Positions 24,801 to 39,800 of a stretch of DNA of 64,000 bases are shown piece after piece. The position numbers and the translations under genes are program-made. Source of the DNA: Phoronis australis. Taxonomy: Eukaryota > Animalia > Phoronida. The notes beneath the pieces were generated by a model. That model was not told where the DNA came from and searched no databases. It saw only the letters and a program-made list of their open reading frames with translations. The stretch covers positions 506,959 through 570,958 of the forward strand of contig NMRA01000181.1 of NCBI GenBank assembly GCA_002633005.1. The letters are read 5' to 3'. Within the stretch, counting starts at the first letter, position 1. Every line of letters begins with the position of its first letter.

Positions 24801-27800
24801 TCGAATTCCTGCAACAGAGACGAACATACTGATGAAAGTAGTACTATCACTCAGATGGTCTCTGGGTTACTTGAACTCTGACCAGCATCAACCAACATCA
24901 CTTCCTTAACTGAGTCCAACAAAAACAAAGCACTGATATGTACCCAGAGCAGTGGCATTTAAAGATGATCATTGAAAAAGCCAAGTGTAAAATCAAACAC
25001 GGAACATAGGAAGGCACTACTGTTGTTGGCAAAGTCTAGAAACATGAAGGATTTGTCTCCTCATGAACATGACATTGTGTATAATATTTCATACAAACCA
25101 AATGTAAACTAGAAACTGAAATGTAATAACCTGATCACATCTGTAAGTTTCCAGAGATGTAATTGAAATGTTACTTACTTGTGCTAGTCTCTTGTCCATT
25201 TCAGGTATAGCCTTCTCCACGGCTGTCTTCTGAATAAAGGCACAGGCAAGTTCAGTATTGTCTTGGGCCAACAGTTGGGCAGCTTGCTCTATCAGCTCCT
25301 TCTGAGGCTGGGTGGCATTCTGTAACATGAATACATTATCAACACCCATTCACACAAATCAAACATGGAGCAGCCAGTACAAACCTACATAGGGCCCAGC
25401 AACATGAATAGATTATTGTTTTGAATACATCAAATTTGCTTTCATTAAAATATATACAAAGTAAGATACAACCAGGAAGCGTATCTTATGAGCACACAAT
25501 AAGAAAGTATCCACACAAATAACGTCATTTAAAAAATGTTTGCATGTTTTTCTGCAGAGTAATTAGACACAGCAGATGTAGTTATGCAGAAAGACCTCAC
25601 TTCATAAATTCAAAAAAATAAAGAAAAAAAGGGTGTACATACTTCACTTACCCGCAGCGCCGTCATGAAGCCAGACTTGAGGCTGTTGTTGATACTGATG
25701 AGAAGGGGCTCTCGGCACGTGATCAGTGACATGCCAGCTGTCATGTTCCGCACCATGTGGTGAGCTGCGGCGCGCATACGTCCTTCATCGGGGTCAAGTG
25801 CAAAGTCCTGGCATGGAGAGAGAGTTTAGCACTGTAACATCATCTATTGACATTTTCAATGAAACAAGTCTACAACACAACACTATAAACACAAACCTTG
25901 GTCAAGTAAATATCTACCTCAGGCGAGCAAGTTTGGCTCAGGTACATGCTACCGTGGTTACCAAGCCATTTAGGACATTGAGACCAGAATCCTTACGGTA
26001 ATGCCAGTGAAACAATCAGCAGTGAAATCTGCTCAGTCACTAAAAATGCATCCACAAATCCACAAAGAAATGCTACAAATCTGTATTGACTATTAATTCA
26101 GCAGTCAATAACTATGACATAAAGCATATTTATATACTAGTTCATTGATTAACTTGTCTGTTCACTCACTAACGAGGTTTACAACTACAAGTCACGTGAC
26201 CAGCAACTTTGTCACCTACCTTCTTGATGATCTGCTCGCACGTGGTCAGTGCAATCTTGATTGAGCGCTCGACCACAGGGGGCAGCAGCTCCTGGACAGC
26301 GCGCTCCAGTGCAGGGCGCACAAACTGCTTCAGTTGTGGGTGGGCCTGCAACAGCTGAATCTGATCCTTGATGGTCACATGCTGAGCGAGACCCGCCAAC
26401 GATTGCGTGTTGATGTCCCCGTAAGCAAACTGGGGCTGAGGAGGCGAGGCGGCCGTACCCCCGGCCACTTGGGTAGACGGGGTTGGGGTTGGTCCCTGGG
26501 CGGGGCCCCCGGTACTCGGAGCGACTGTAAACGTGGTGAAGATGTTGGTGGGTTGTTGCTGCTGCTGCTGCTGCTGGGAATCTGGCTGGGGTGTAGTGGA
26601 GGACGCTGTTGATGGTGCCTTATGCTTAGGGAGGCTACGGGCCAGCTGGGGCTCTAGATCGTTGAGGCGTGAGGAATCGCGCAGGTAGATGGCAGGTGAC
26701 AACTCCTGCAATAAAGCCACAAATACCATAATAATAATTATATTTTTATTTAGAATTTACAACATGAAGTACCATGGTCCAATTTGATAACACACTAGGC
26801 CTTGCAAAACAGCAGAGCACTTTTTATTGATGGGGAGTGCTCATTTTTGATGGAAAATATCTATTTTTATGAAAAAAAATTGGGTCAGCTTGCAAACAAA
26901 ATTATGTGAGTTCTACATGTTTTTCAGTCAGTCGTACAACGTAAATCAAACTCAATTCTAAATAATTTAAATCTTACCGTAATGTCCACACTGAGGGTAC
27001 GACAGAGGACCTCGATTTCAAACTTGAGGTTCAGTTTGAGGCTCTGCTCAGCATGCAGTTCAGCCAGTACATTCAGCAAGCCCTGCGTCCATGGATTGGG
27101 GTACTTGAACACCTGCAACAGCAAAAACACACAGATCAGCACTAACAAGTCAACATGTGAAACCAGCTAAAATGGGTCAACATGCGAAACCAGCACAACG
27201 TGAGATCAACATGTGACAGCCGGTGTCTTCATATTGGATTCAGACAGATAACCATCATGAGTACATGCTTTCATAGACAACACAGTGACACTTTGTTTCA
27301 TTCAATCAGGGAACTCATTTCAATAAACAAGTCAACTAAATTGTTCCCCCTCAGACCAGACGCTCTAAGAAAAACAAGAGGCACATTTTTCAGGCCAGCA
27401 ATGGAGTATCCACATATTATGTAACAACGCACCTTGCTCTTGGCACACGACTCCATGATCTTGGCTACAAACGGCACCACGTACAGCAGCTCGTCCGCAC
27501 CACTGCGGTAGGCCTCGTAAAGCAGCGACTTGAGGTCAATGTCCACGTGTAAGATTGGACGGTTCTTGGCCAGGGTCAACATGCCCAGCCAATGACCCAG
27601 GTTCTTGAGCAATGATCGGTCAGAAAAGTTGTTGACGCCCTTCTCACTTTGTAGAAGGATCTGTAGACGAGAATAGACTGGTACTACTGGACAAATAGAG
27701 AATTTCAACAACGAGCTCGTTAAGTCTAACTGATGACAGACTGCATTCTGAACCACGTTTCCACAAACATTTCAGAGCACAGGCCACTAGGTTTGAAACC

Positions 27801-30800
27801 ATTTTGTGTTAGAAATGCAAACAATGGTCCATAGTCAAGTTTTATGTTTTAGACTGTTCCATGAAGATTTTACAAACAAACACGCCCCACAACTTTTTAA
27901 AAGGAAAACAAGTAATCAAATTAGCTATCACTTCTTCAAATTATTTTCACAGTAAGCTATGACTTCAGAAACGTTCAAACGGCAATGTTTGAGACAAGTG
28001 ACAGCTTCAATGACTTCTGAATAAAGATAACAAGTCTAGCTGGATAAACATAAAAATATTAACTATTGACCAACAACACTATGTGTGGACAAAAAGAAGT
28101 AGCCAATGACTAACTATGGTGATAAATTTAACGTGATTGAGCATAACATAATATGCTAACAACTTGTGAAATGCATAGACACCTGCAAACACACACCTTA
28201 ATGTTCCTGAATGTCTCTCTGACGACCATGTGTGTCAGCTCGGGCTTTTTGAGCGTCTCTAAGAAGTTGGCGTAAAGCGAGTGAAAGTTGGGCTCGATAC
28301 TGGCCCTCTTCATCACAAGGTACTGAGCCACCCAAGGGACAAACTCGTCCAGGATGTTCTCGCGGAGTTCGTCAGCCTGCGAAGGTAACGACACTAATGA
28401 ATATTGAGGTCTCCTCTGCATTAATCAATACCTGACACTTAATGACCCTTAACCGAACATTACCCTATATAATCCGATTCTAAGGTGCACAATCTTGAGA
28501 TCAAAGTTCAAATCGGAAATGCAAAAACCAAAAACAAACAACTCTAATAGAATGCGACAAGCAAGATTATTATATGGTAGGTAGCCTCCACTTCCATTCC
28601 ATTCCACCCTCACTCAATTTCTTCTCACTAACATGAACTTGTTGTACTAGACTAAGACACCGACGGCTTTCTAATGGCAATGACACGCATCTACTTGCAC
28701 ATAAAACGTAAATCGAAGCATAACAAAACAGGATGACCCAGTATCTGGGCAGGTCAATTACCTTTTGTGTCATGTTCATTTGAGACAGATTGTTGAAGAT
28801 GAAGAACACTTTGTCTTGAGTTGACTCCGGTGGGATGGTGATTTCCTCTTTACCCTCGGCACCAGCCAGTAGTGTATCTATGTTTGTACTCACAATTGAT
28901 GGCTGGAAATGTAGTGACAGGCTCATGTGGTTGTCAGAACGCACGCAATATCACCATAAGCTTAAGAAGATTGAGACAGATGTGTCTATTATCAAAAAAC
29001 TTCACGACAACATGCCTTTAAGACAAAGACGCAGTATTCACCTGAACTAAAGCATATGGAAATTACATGGCTGCGATAGTTAATGGGCAAAGACATTTTC
29101 ACAAAAAAATATGGCATTGTGTTCAAATTGTAAAAACATGATTTGTCACAGAATTTGCTGCTTATAGAGCATTCTTTAAATTTTTGACTTCACTTAACAA
29201 AAGCTGTTAATGACACAGAGCCAGCATCGTCAGGTCTAATGCTCACCTTGGGTGCAACTGTAGTCTTCGTGATCAAGTTAGGGGTGGTTGCTGTGGTTGG
29301 CACAGAGGTTGTCGTCGTGGTTGTTGTATCCGTCACCCCGGCGACGGCCGTGGACACAGCTGTGCTGGTTGTGGGTGTAGCCGTGCGCGTCGACAGAGGT
29401 CCCTGGGGTCGGGTTGGCGGCTCTTGTGAGCGCGCCCCATACTCAATATACTCAATGAGATGGGGCGGAAAGTCTCTGAAGTGAGGGATGGCGGCGAGAT
29501 GCTGGCAGTACTGAGGGTAGTCCTTCAGTCGGCTCTTAAAGCGATCGAGGGCAGCAATGCCAAACATGAGCATGCGAGTGCCGAACGGCTTGCGCAGGGC
29601 CTCCAAGACATAGCGCAGGGCTATGCCCAAACCCATGTACCTGTCGAAGACAAGCAGTACATTTTAAGAGTGACCTCTTCACAATCTACGCAGGTTCAAT
29701 TCAAATCATTTAAACCCAGACCACTCATTGAAAATTAGTTTCAAGCATCATAAATCAACTACATGGAATTGTGTCCGCAACACCACGCCATCTTTGGATA
29801 TTCACAAATTCCACAACTACCAAAAACTGAACCTCCACTCACGTCACTAGACCCTGTTCTATGATTCCTCCAAACAGGACAGCGGTGGTGTGCAGTTCCT
29901 TCTCAGGGTACTGTGGAAAGAACTTGTACTCCTCAAACAGGTTGCGCAGCATACACGCAAATACATCCTGAAACAAACACATCAAATTAAACAGCACTCT
30001 TGAACACAGTCTGCAGCAGAATATTCGCAATATGTTTGCTTTGAAAATTTTTATGCAACAAACACTGCATTAGAAATTTGAGACACTGCAATTTCAAATC
30101 TACCCTCAAACCTTATGAACACCACCGCCCCAAATACTGCGTCTCAGAGCCTACTTTCAAGCGATACAATTAGTAGGACTGCCTAGAAAGTTTTAAGTAA
30201 CCTGTTTCAATGACTTGAGGTGTTTGGTGACGGAACAAGCTCGGCGAATGTTCATAACTACTGGAGTAATTGATGACAAATTTATGTGACCTTGAGTTTG
30301 GCACGGCTCAGTAAAACCTGTACACAGGACGCAGTTATTGCCGAATGCCCTAAGGACCCGTCTCGCCTGGGGGGGGCACACATACAGCTACTCACCCTCT
30401 CCTTCCTGGCGCTGGAGTCCTTGAACTGTTTCAACATGTCCAGTACATCGTCAATACTGATAGTGGGGTGAGGTGGGTGGTTGTAGATGCGTTGGAAATA
30501 TGAGTTGGCCTCGTCCTCTATCTCCTTGGCAAACTGTTGTTGCATCTCAGCAAACATGCTTGACACGTCACCACCAGCCGCTACAAAGACAACATACAGG
30601 ATTTCATAATTACAAGGTTTAACAAAAAATGGAAGCAATTGCCAAAAAATCTACTACAGAAAAACGTACAAACTAATTGCGGAAAATCAATGTAAATGGG
30701 CAATGATTTTGTTTTATAGGATAACGTACCCAGCGATGTTTTTACATGTCACACTTTAGGGCTTCAACTCCTTGCTAGGTACATAGCTCAGAGCAAAAAA

Positions 30801-33800
30801 GTCCCTCACGTATAAGTGAAGTTTCAAACACCCTCATTCATAAACTATAGATAGCAAAATTCGAAATTCCAAAAACCCCACCTGTACGCAGTCTTTCTGC
30901 GTTTGGCTGAGCCTTGACTGCGGCTGAACTGAGTGCCCCCAAAGTGGGCGTTGTGCGGGTGCCTGGTGTTCCCGAACTCATCACATTCTGCATGCCCAGA
31001 CCTACAACGTAATCACACGTGCCACTTACAGCGCCATCTGTAATCATCCACAATTCACATCATGAAAATATCTTGAATGTGCAATCAACATTCACAGTGA
31101 ATATTCTATGTTGAGAAAAGAGAAATCAGACAGACTGTCTGGTTAACAAAAGCAAAACGTAGACAGTCCGATTCTACTCAGTCAGTGTAACAGTATAGTT
31201 TGGTAGCAGCCCTGCATTAACACAAACTTCATTGAAGACAGGACTGTACTTTTGTTTGACAGCTCAATACAGGCTCGCTCGTAGTATCTAAACAACACAC
31301 ATGTTTAGACACTACGAGCAAGTCCTTCATTAACACTAACTCGCTCGTATTGTCTAAACAACACACACGTTTAGACGCTATGAGCAAGTCTGTATTAAGC
31401 TGTCAAACAACAAGTACAGTCATGTCTTGAATGAAGAGTGTGTTAATCAACATAGCAGTGACTGACCTAGAAGAAGCATACATAACTAGTAACTGACATA
31501 CGAGACATAATGACTTTTATCGTCAAGTCACAGCATGTGAATGAAAATAAATGGCATCTGTGAAGAGATTTTGCACAGAATGTACGCACGAGAAACACAT
31601 GGTCAAAAACACTGCAGTCAATTCATGAGCTCATTTATGAATAGCAATGCTTACCTTGTAACTGTGACGTCAAATTCTGTACAGCGGCAAAGGTAGGCTG
31701 CGCTGTGGCAGGTGGCTTGGCTGGGGAGCCTGGAGCTGTGTTAAGCGAACTAGACACCAAACTCTGAGGGAACGAGGAGGTGCCCCCCAGGCCCAGTCCA
31801 CCCCCCATGCTCACCAGGGGATCCATCTGTTCAACAAAAGGGTAGATAGTTTTACTTCAAAAGCAGTAAAACCACTCTTGCTACCACAAGAATATACTGG
31901 CATGCAGAGACGCGTCAGTTTTCTTACATTTCCACAAAAACCTTTCGTCTAATAAACAAAGAAAATGTTGACTTTAGATGTTGCTATAAGTAACTCATGA
32001 TGACTTGGAATTTCACACAAACTTTCCTCAACTTTTTTCAATGCTTTATTCCCAGTATGAGTCGTGGGGAAATCCCTAGAACTAGTTTTTATCTAAACTT
32101 GTCTTTGATGACACAAATAAAATTGACACAGAATACGACTTAACACATCGACTATCAGAATTTGGTTAGGTTTTTTGTCTGAATGCAGTCCTAATTTCAA
32201 AAAAAAAATCCTGGAAAACTGGTAGGCCACCAATTCCAAAACTGAATTACAGAAACATTTTTGTTTCAATCATAGGCTCTGATTTGTGAATTGGAGCATA
32301 AGAAAATACCTTGCACAAATTCAAGAGAACACGGAATCACATATTCACTATATGTCCAACTTATAGTACACACTTCGCAGAAAACCATAAACCTTTCAGA
32401 AAAACACATGTCAGCTTTTCTGGCAGAAAAACATTGAGAAGCTTAACTATAAAGGAGGTTTCTGCACGAGCCCCAAAAGAAATCCTGTTGTTTGAAGCAG
32501 AAAACCTAGACACCCATGACTAGGAGATTGGGACAAATTTCCCATTGATTGTCAGTGAACATGGTTACTTACAGGGTTATTAAAGGTGCTGAGTCCGACT
32601 CCTATGCCGGATGTGGCTGGCATGGGTGGCTTGCCCGCGGGTACCCCCGCCATGCCGGCGGGCTGTGACTGGCGAGCCTTGGCCAAGAACATGTGGGCAC
32701 TCTGAATAGTCACCTGGATCACCTCAGACAGCTCCTGGGTCACACCCCTGTTGAGGAAATTGAATGGTTAAATCTCAGGTCAGGTCCAAATGATGCCCAA
32801 AATCACTAAGATTAACAAAAGCGTAAATTTAAGAGACCAATAAAAGGGATATTATGGATTTTACAGCCAAAAAATTATTTTTTGGGGATTATCGCTGGTC
32901 ATGATACTTCTTGAAGTTCATTAGCTTTCATCGGAGCTGTAACGATTTTATTAAAAAATGTCCAATTGTCGCCACTGTCTTTCAGACATTCGCTGAAATA
33001 AAGACTGGTGGCTTTACCAGTAAATACAGTCTTGAAATACCCAGTGATTTATCAATGGACTTTAGCTCCGCTAGCAGAGCATTAGACAGTGACTGTGGGG
33101 GGATGCAGATTCATGTCCATGCTGACACTAGGTGGCAGAGCGATGAATCAGGTTTCACTTAACACAGTATGCACCAGAACATTTCCCTTTCAATGATTCA
33201 CTTTCGGCTAGACTTACCCAATACAAGCCTGGAGACAGGCTATTAGGGTACCCACTGTCTCTGGTGGTAACTGTTGACTTTTCATAGGACCCTCGTCCTT
33301 GGTCAACATCCCCGACTGAGGACAACGACGCTTTAAGAAATTGGTGCACACTTGTATGAAAGGCTCCTGCAACAGAATAGCATTGAACAATTACCACAAT
33401 TTAACACTGACCTATTCCTTGAATACAGGGTACTCTTAATATCGCATGTTTGTGAAAATTCAGCTAAATCTTAGCTTAACCTCAGTGCTTCAGCTGCGTT
33501 TAGTTTAGTGTGTACTGATTTAGTTATGAATGAAATAGCTTGAATCATTTCAACAGACCATCAGTGGGTTTCCAAACAGCACAAAACTGGGACAAAATCG
33601 ACATATTACATTTTATTTTTCCAACACTATCATGGCAGTAAAGCTCGCTTCAGGTTGCACAAAATGACAAACCTACCCCGTGTTCCCTGATCTTGTCCGA
33701 GAGCCACTTGTCTAGTTTCAAGTACTCTCGCCTGGAGGCTAGACAGGCCAAGTCGACGACGAAGGCGTACGGCTTGGCGTTGAGCAGCATGGAGAGTGCT

Positions 33801-36800
33801 TTGAGGTCTTGAGCCACGTCAAGGATGCGAGAGAGGCGACTCTGGTCATTGGAGTCACGCATGTACCACTCGGCCATGGAGTGCATGATGAGGGTGCGGA
33901 TAGCGCTAGACTGTCCCTAGAAATGAAAGAGCAGAAGAGAAGATTACGATATGAGACGACATCCGGTTAAAATATTACAAGGCAGAAGAATCTACGTAGC
34001 AAAAATGTATTCTGTTATTGTTACGCAACACTATGTTCTGGATCAAAACACTGCTTTAATCCATGTCTCTAATATGAGCACAAAGATCAAAAAGTTTCTT
34101 AACAAAACGGTAACTGATTATGGGTTTGAAAAACATGGCCATGATAGAATAATTGGTTAACGAAATCCCAGTACTGTTGATGTTCAGGTGGCATGTTACA
34201 TCAATAGAACAATTGGGAATAAAGCCTGGTATCAGGAAAAAAACAATGACAGAAAACAAGAGTAAACTAAACAACTATCATACTGACCTGACAGTGCCAA
34301 GCATAATGCAGCACAATGCCCGAGTTGGGGTGATTACCCAGAAAGATTGGCATCAGACTCGAAATGAGCTCGTGCTTCAAAGTGTTCCAGTTGGGCTAGA
34401 AAACAATTGTAAACCGCATTCATTGTAAAGCACAGTGAAGTATTAAGTACCGTTTATGGGATGGTGTTGACACTGGAGTTTATGTAAATGTAAAATGTGT
34501 AAAACTGTGAAAAAGTGCTGCATATAAACAGGCTTTTAGACATGAAAACATAACAAAGCACAGGGAAAAGGTAAAATATCTGGCGTGGTATAGAAAAAGA
34601 ACCGCTGGCCGTTGAAAAGGATGAAAACACAAATGGAGACTAACACCATCTGAAGCCAAATCCACTTGAACAGGTGTACAATGTAAATAATGTTCAGCCA
34701 AAGTTTGTAAGGGCTGTTCCAGCAAAATCTGTATGGGAGGGGGGAAGGCACTTTTATTTCNACAATTGCAAACCGCATTCATTGTAAAGCCCAGTGAAGC
34801 ATTAAGTACCGTTTATGGGACAATTGCAAACCGCATTCATTGTAAAGCCCAGTGAAGCATTAAGTACCGTTTATGGGACAATTGCAAACCGCATTCATTG
34901 TAAAGCCCAGTGAAGCATTAAGTACCGTTTATGGGACAATTGCAAACCGCATTCATTGTAAAGCCCAGTGAAGCATTAAGTACCGTTTATGGGACAATTG
35001 CAAACCGCATTCATTGTAAAGCCCAGTGAAGCATTAAGTACCGTTTATGGGACAATTGCAAACCGCATTCATTGTAAAGCCCAGTGAAGCATTAAGTACC
35101 GTTTATGGGACAATTGCAAACCGCATTCATTGTAAAGCCCAGTGAAGCATTAAGTACCGTTTATGGGACGATGTTGACACCAGAGTTTATACTTACACAA
35201 TCTCCAGGTCATGTAAATGTAAAATGTGTAAAACTGAAAAAGTGCTGCATGTAAACAGGGTTTTAGACACAAAAACATAAAGCACAGGGAAAAAGGTGAA
35301 ATATCTGGCGTGGCATAAAAATGAACCGATGGCTGTTAAAAAGGATAGCTCGAGTCATTCACAGATGAAACACAAATGGAGACTAACACCATCTGAAGGC
35401 AAATCCACTTGAACAGGTGTACAGTGTAAATAATGGTCAGCCAAAGTTTGTAAAAGTTCAGAATTTGAGGAGTTAAAACGTTAAAGCATTAGACCTTTCT
35501 ATTACGTGAATTCATTTCTTTTAATTCAATTCACAGCACTGCCCAGTCCTTTACTGCCACCTATTGACTACTTCTCATTCTCCCCACAACAGCACTGGGA
35601 CTAACTACACTCCAACACATTTGACAAGACTGCACCCACACAGCCCGACCTCGTACTAGCCAGACCGTATGTAAGTCTTGCAAAGTTTTGATGCTGTGCT
35701 TGTTTGAAGTAACGCAAGTTGATCCATCTTCTAAAACTGTATCACGTTGAGGGTGGAGAACAAAGGCTGTATTGAGCTGTATTTTAGGCATGTTAAAACA
35801 TCTCAAACAGACTTTGGCCTAAGTTGTAGTTCCTGATTTTTAGGCCACCCGAAAACATGTGCAATCTTGAGTAAAGCATCGTCAAGAACTAACACGAATG
35901 TGTACTTCTTACAACTTACAGATATCTGTAACAGTCCCAACAGAAGGAGATCAGGACAGTGCTGGATTGGAAACTTGAACAGTTCAGACACTTGTGTGTA
36001 CAAGCCTGCATCGGAGAGTCGCAGCAACACCTCCAGCAGGTCCAGGGACTTCCTGTAAACCAGCACATAGTATGTGGATTAGAAACATGAAGGAAAAAAA
36101 TCCCGAACCCTATATGCCTAGACTTTTTGTCCAGCAGGCATCAGCGCGTTTCTTTCAAACACAGTTTTTAGTACTACTTTACTGTCTCAGACCAACACCG
36201 GTGTTCAGCCAAACCAATGCCCATATATTACCTGGTGATATAGTGTCTCATCCCAAAATAATCCAATACCGTTGGTATGCTTAAAACTCAACGATAATTC
36301 AACCTTTTGGAAATTCAGCTAATGCTCATGAAATTCCCAACAGAAGCCAGAATGTACATCACAGAAAATTAATTAAACAAACACCTTTACTAAACATATA
36401 TACGCACCAGGTGGCAATATCTCTGTTCTCATCATCAGGTGGTGTCTTCAACAGCTCCGTTTGCACACTGTGACAGGAATAGTCAGCCAGACAGAACACG
36501 TCTGTGTAACGCAGTGCGTTGGTGAATAAAGCCAGCTGGCCTTCTGCGTTCTTCCATGGCCGGTAGAGCAGCTCGACCGGGAACACCTCCGAGAGGCCCC
36601 GTTGCACACCCTGCACTAGTAGACGTAGGCCCGTCTTACCACTCACTGTAAAGCCAGGGTGGTCAAGCTCGCTTACCACGTCGCGCCAGTTCAAATGCGG
36701 TGCCTGTCAGGGGAGATGAGCAAAGGGCAGAAATGTACAAGAGAGACGAGCTTTTCAACGACTGGTGTTGAGCTTTTCAACAAAACTACTTAACAAAGTT

Positions 36801-39800
36801 AGCAGTGAATAAAGCTTCCAATTCTTTAATACATAGATCACAATTAAAGGAGAGCCAATATTCAAATGAATATTTAGAAATAGTAATGAAAGTTGTCAAA
36901 ACACATACACTTTTTGAAATTCTGGCTGATTGACTTGGGTATTTTTTTCCCATTCAACGGTGTCACTTCGCCATTAGAAAGAACTATCTGGCTATGTCAT
37001 TACCACAAAGGCAAATCTTCCCTTCTATATCCTGATACCCAATTCAGTCCAGAACACTATGGATCTTAACACAGTTGTAACCATGGAATCGCAACTCACC
37101 AAATCCTGTACGACTTGCACAAAGACGTCGACATTCCAAGTGTTCAAGCCAGCACTGTCCAATTTGTCCGACTTGTCACCCCACATACTGCTGTTGGGGG
37201 CATTGACAGACTAAAACAAGGAAAAGGAACCATTTCGTCAGATACGGGGACAGTCGTTAGATAAGAGGACTAAATATACTTTTACCGGTAAAATAACAAA
37301 CCTTGCATGAAGTTCATTTAATTAATCCAAAAGCAAAGACAACTAAGAGCAAACAAACATGTGTACTCTTACTTCCACAGCTACTGTAAGACGCACACAG
37401 TTGAACACCAACGTGGCCATTTGCCTTGGCCTGAAGCAAACTGCTATTGCTCGAGAATTCCAGCTTTTGCGCTTGCCTCATTAAATAACCAATCATAATG
37501 CGCCCATTTTTCCAATCACAACATGGCAATCAAACAAGAGGAAGTGCTGTTTTTAGTCTAATGTTGCGACATGCCTCGAGTGAATCACAGCCTGACCAGA
37601 ATAGCCAGGATACCTACCTGGACAGCGATGTGGTCAGCCAGTCCTGTGGGTGTGCGGGCCATCATGCCGAGGACACGGGCAACAGAGGCAGCAGTGATCT
37701 CGCGGCAGCCAAACTGCACCAGGGTACTACGGCATTCCTCCACGCTGTCGGAGATAAGGCAAATGACACACTGATGGCAAACAAGCCCACGGGGGCGATT
37801 AGTCAAATGCGGCTAAGTCCCAGAGAAAGATAAGGAGAAGTTGCCACTCTGCTTTGACCATGCTTTGTGCAAAGTGCATTCCGCATAGCTACAATGGTTA
37901 CAGACTCCACACATCGTAAGTACCACGCAATATAGAAGCGTTGAAAAGCATTGGTATGTGCCCACGTTGGCTTATGAAGGCCTCATCAATGCATTAAACA
38001 ACCTGTGAATACAGGATTGCACAAAATTCTGTTCCCACTATCCGCTCAATAAGAACAGCATTAGCCAGATACGTCAGATATTTGTTTAAAAATGAAGTTG
38101 GACCCTCACCAAGTCTTGAGATGGTATCCAACCCTGTTCAACTAACATGTGAAAAGCTGTGATATAAGTTAAATAAGAACACCAACATCTTCTCATAGCA
38201 TTTAAATAAAGAACGCAGTAATGTCACAAAGAAGCTATTTTACATGCAACAAATGAGCACAGAATTAGGAAATAAATGTTCCCTTTACCTTGAGGTGCAG
38301 TTATAGCCCACCTCCTGTAGCATCTCTGCCAGAGAACCATCCATCTGAAATCAAGACATATTTTTATCCTATTTGATGGCAAATACCGCAACCGAAGCAT
38401 ACATCACAGGCTGCCCATTTAGTGTGGAGCAGAGACTGTAGCTTCAGGAAATATCACGAGAGAACTACTCTGACAGAGCTTAACTGCAGCAACTCAGCCA
38501 GTCTCCACCGTTGTGTTTTGGTGCGGAATAGTTTCCAATGTTTGTTTTAATGTTTAGCTCCTCTCCACCAAGAACATTCCGATTAGATTTCCTTATTTCT
38601 GATAAAGACGTGCATCGGAGCAAAGTCCAGTTGCAGAACCAATCAAGACCATCCTGTTTGAAGAGTTCTTCCTTCATTCAGTACACTGATGCACGTCATC
38701 TCTCATGTTGCCACAATCTGACTCCGGTTTATTTCGAATTGGGCTTCTATCATCAGCAACACGGATTCTTATTAGACTGAAATAGGCTCGGTGTTCGGTC
38801 AAAATTTTAAAACAGTCTTTGAAAAGACAGAAAAGGTATAAATTACTTTTGTGTTAAAATGGCTAAAAATACCAAACTCCCCTGCCACTCCGGAGGTACG
38901 ACATGCTTAATTATGGAGAAAAGCACTAATTTAGAACCTTAACAATTTTTACCAGTCAGTAAGCGCAAAGTGACCAGAATGTGCAGGCACTCCACTCGTA
39001 ATGGAATAGTAATAATAACAGTAACAATAATCATAACAATAATTATAGTGATGACAACAATAATAATAGTGTAAATCATAATCTTAAACATATGAAGCAA
39101 AATCAAGCAAGACCAATTTTGAGAAAAGCCATGCCCAGCACAGTTTGCGTTATCTCAATAACAGCCATGAAGGACGTCCTGGCTTGCACTGAAGCCCTTA
39201 TCAGCATACAAACAAGCTATAATAGCAACGAGGTCACATCCAATAGGGAAGTGCACCTCCTGGATAGCCTAACACCATACGCAGGACAGAATACAGATCA
39301 ACTTCCGTGTCTCAAATGAGCTAGTTTTACCACTTAAATATTTGTAATCACCGACTTCCTTCCACTAGGTCAGATCCTACAGATTATTTGAAAGCAGATT
39401 TCATCAATGAATGTAACCAAAGATTATAAGACTGGCCACTACAAACAGCAGCCAAACAGTAGCCATAATACAACAGCCGATCACAGATCTTTGTTAAAGA
39501 TATTCACCAAAATCAACCTCACTAGCCAGCCTACTGGAAGAAACACACACACAATACCGAATGAAAAGACTAACGAGTCTTCACCGTCCCTTGGTAGGTA
39601 AAAGGAACTCGAGGTCGACTACGTACCATGTTCTGAGGCATGCTCGCTGGTTCAAGTTTGTCTAGAGTCACGTCAAGCTGTCCTGGATAAAGGAACGGTG
39701 CCAAGACAACAGGCGCGCGTTCACGCGGGAAATCTAAGGAGAAACGGAACAATAAGACGTAGAGAAGCAGGTTAAACTAAACCAAGCCACTGAAGAAGGC

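Noticed and set aside
25940-25970. 18S rRNA-like 16-mer suggesting a snoRNA guide
   Set aside because: Imperfect match, not adjacent to a D box, and no C box.
26334-26612. Plus-strand ORFs overlapping CNOT1/TOP1 exons (also 29239-29738 and 59970-60407)
   Set aside because: Antisense shadows of GC-rich coding exons with no independent protein signal.
34762-35167. Regular repeat array resembling a CRISPR locus
   Set aside because: Units are identical and contiguous with no unique spacers, there are no cas genes, and it sits in a eukaryotic intron; it is a minisatellite.
38715-38760. Hammerhead-ribozyme-like CTGATGA...GAAA on the minus strand
   Set aside because: Stem II does not abut the core, and stems I and III could not be formed.
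39005-39085. AAT-rich tract
   Set aside because: Ordinary degenerate microsatellite.
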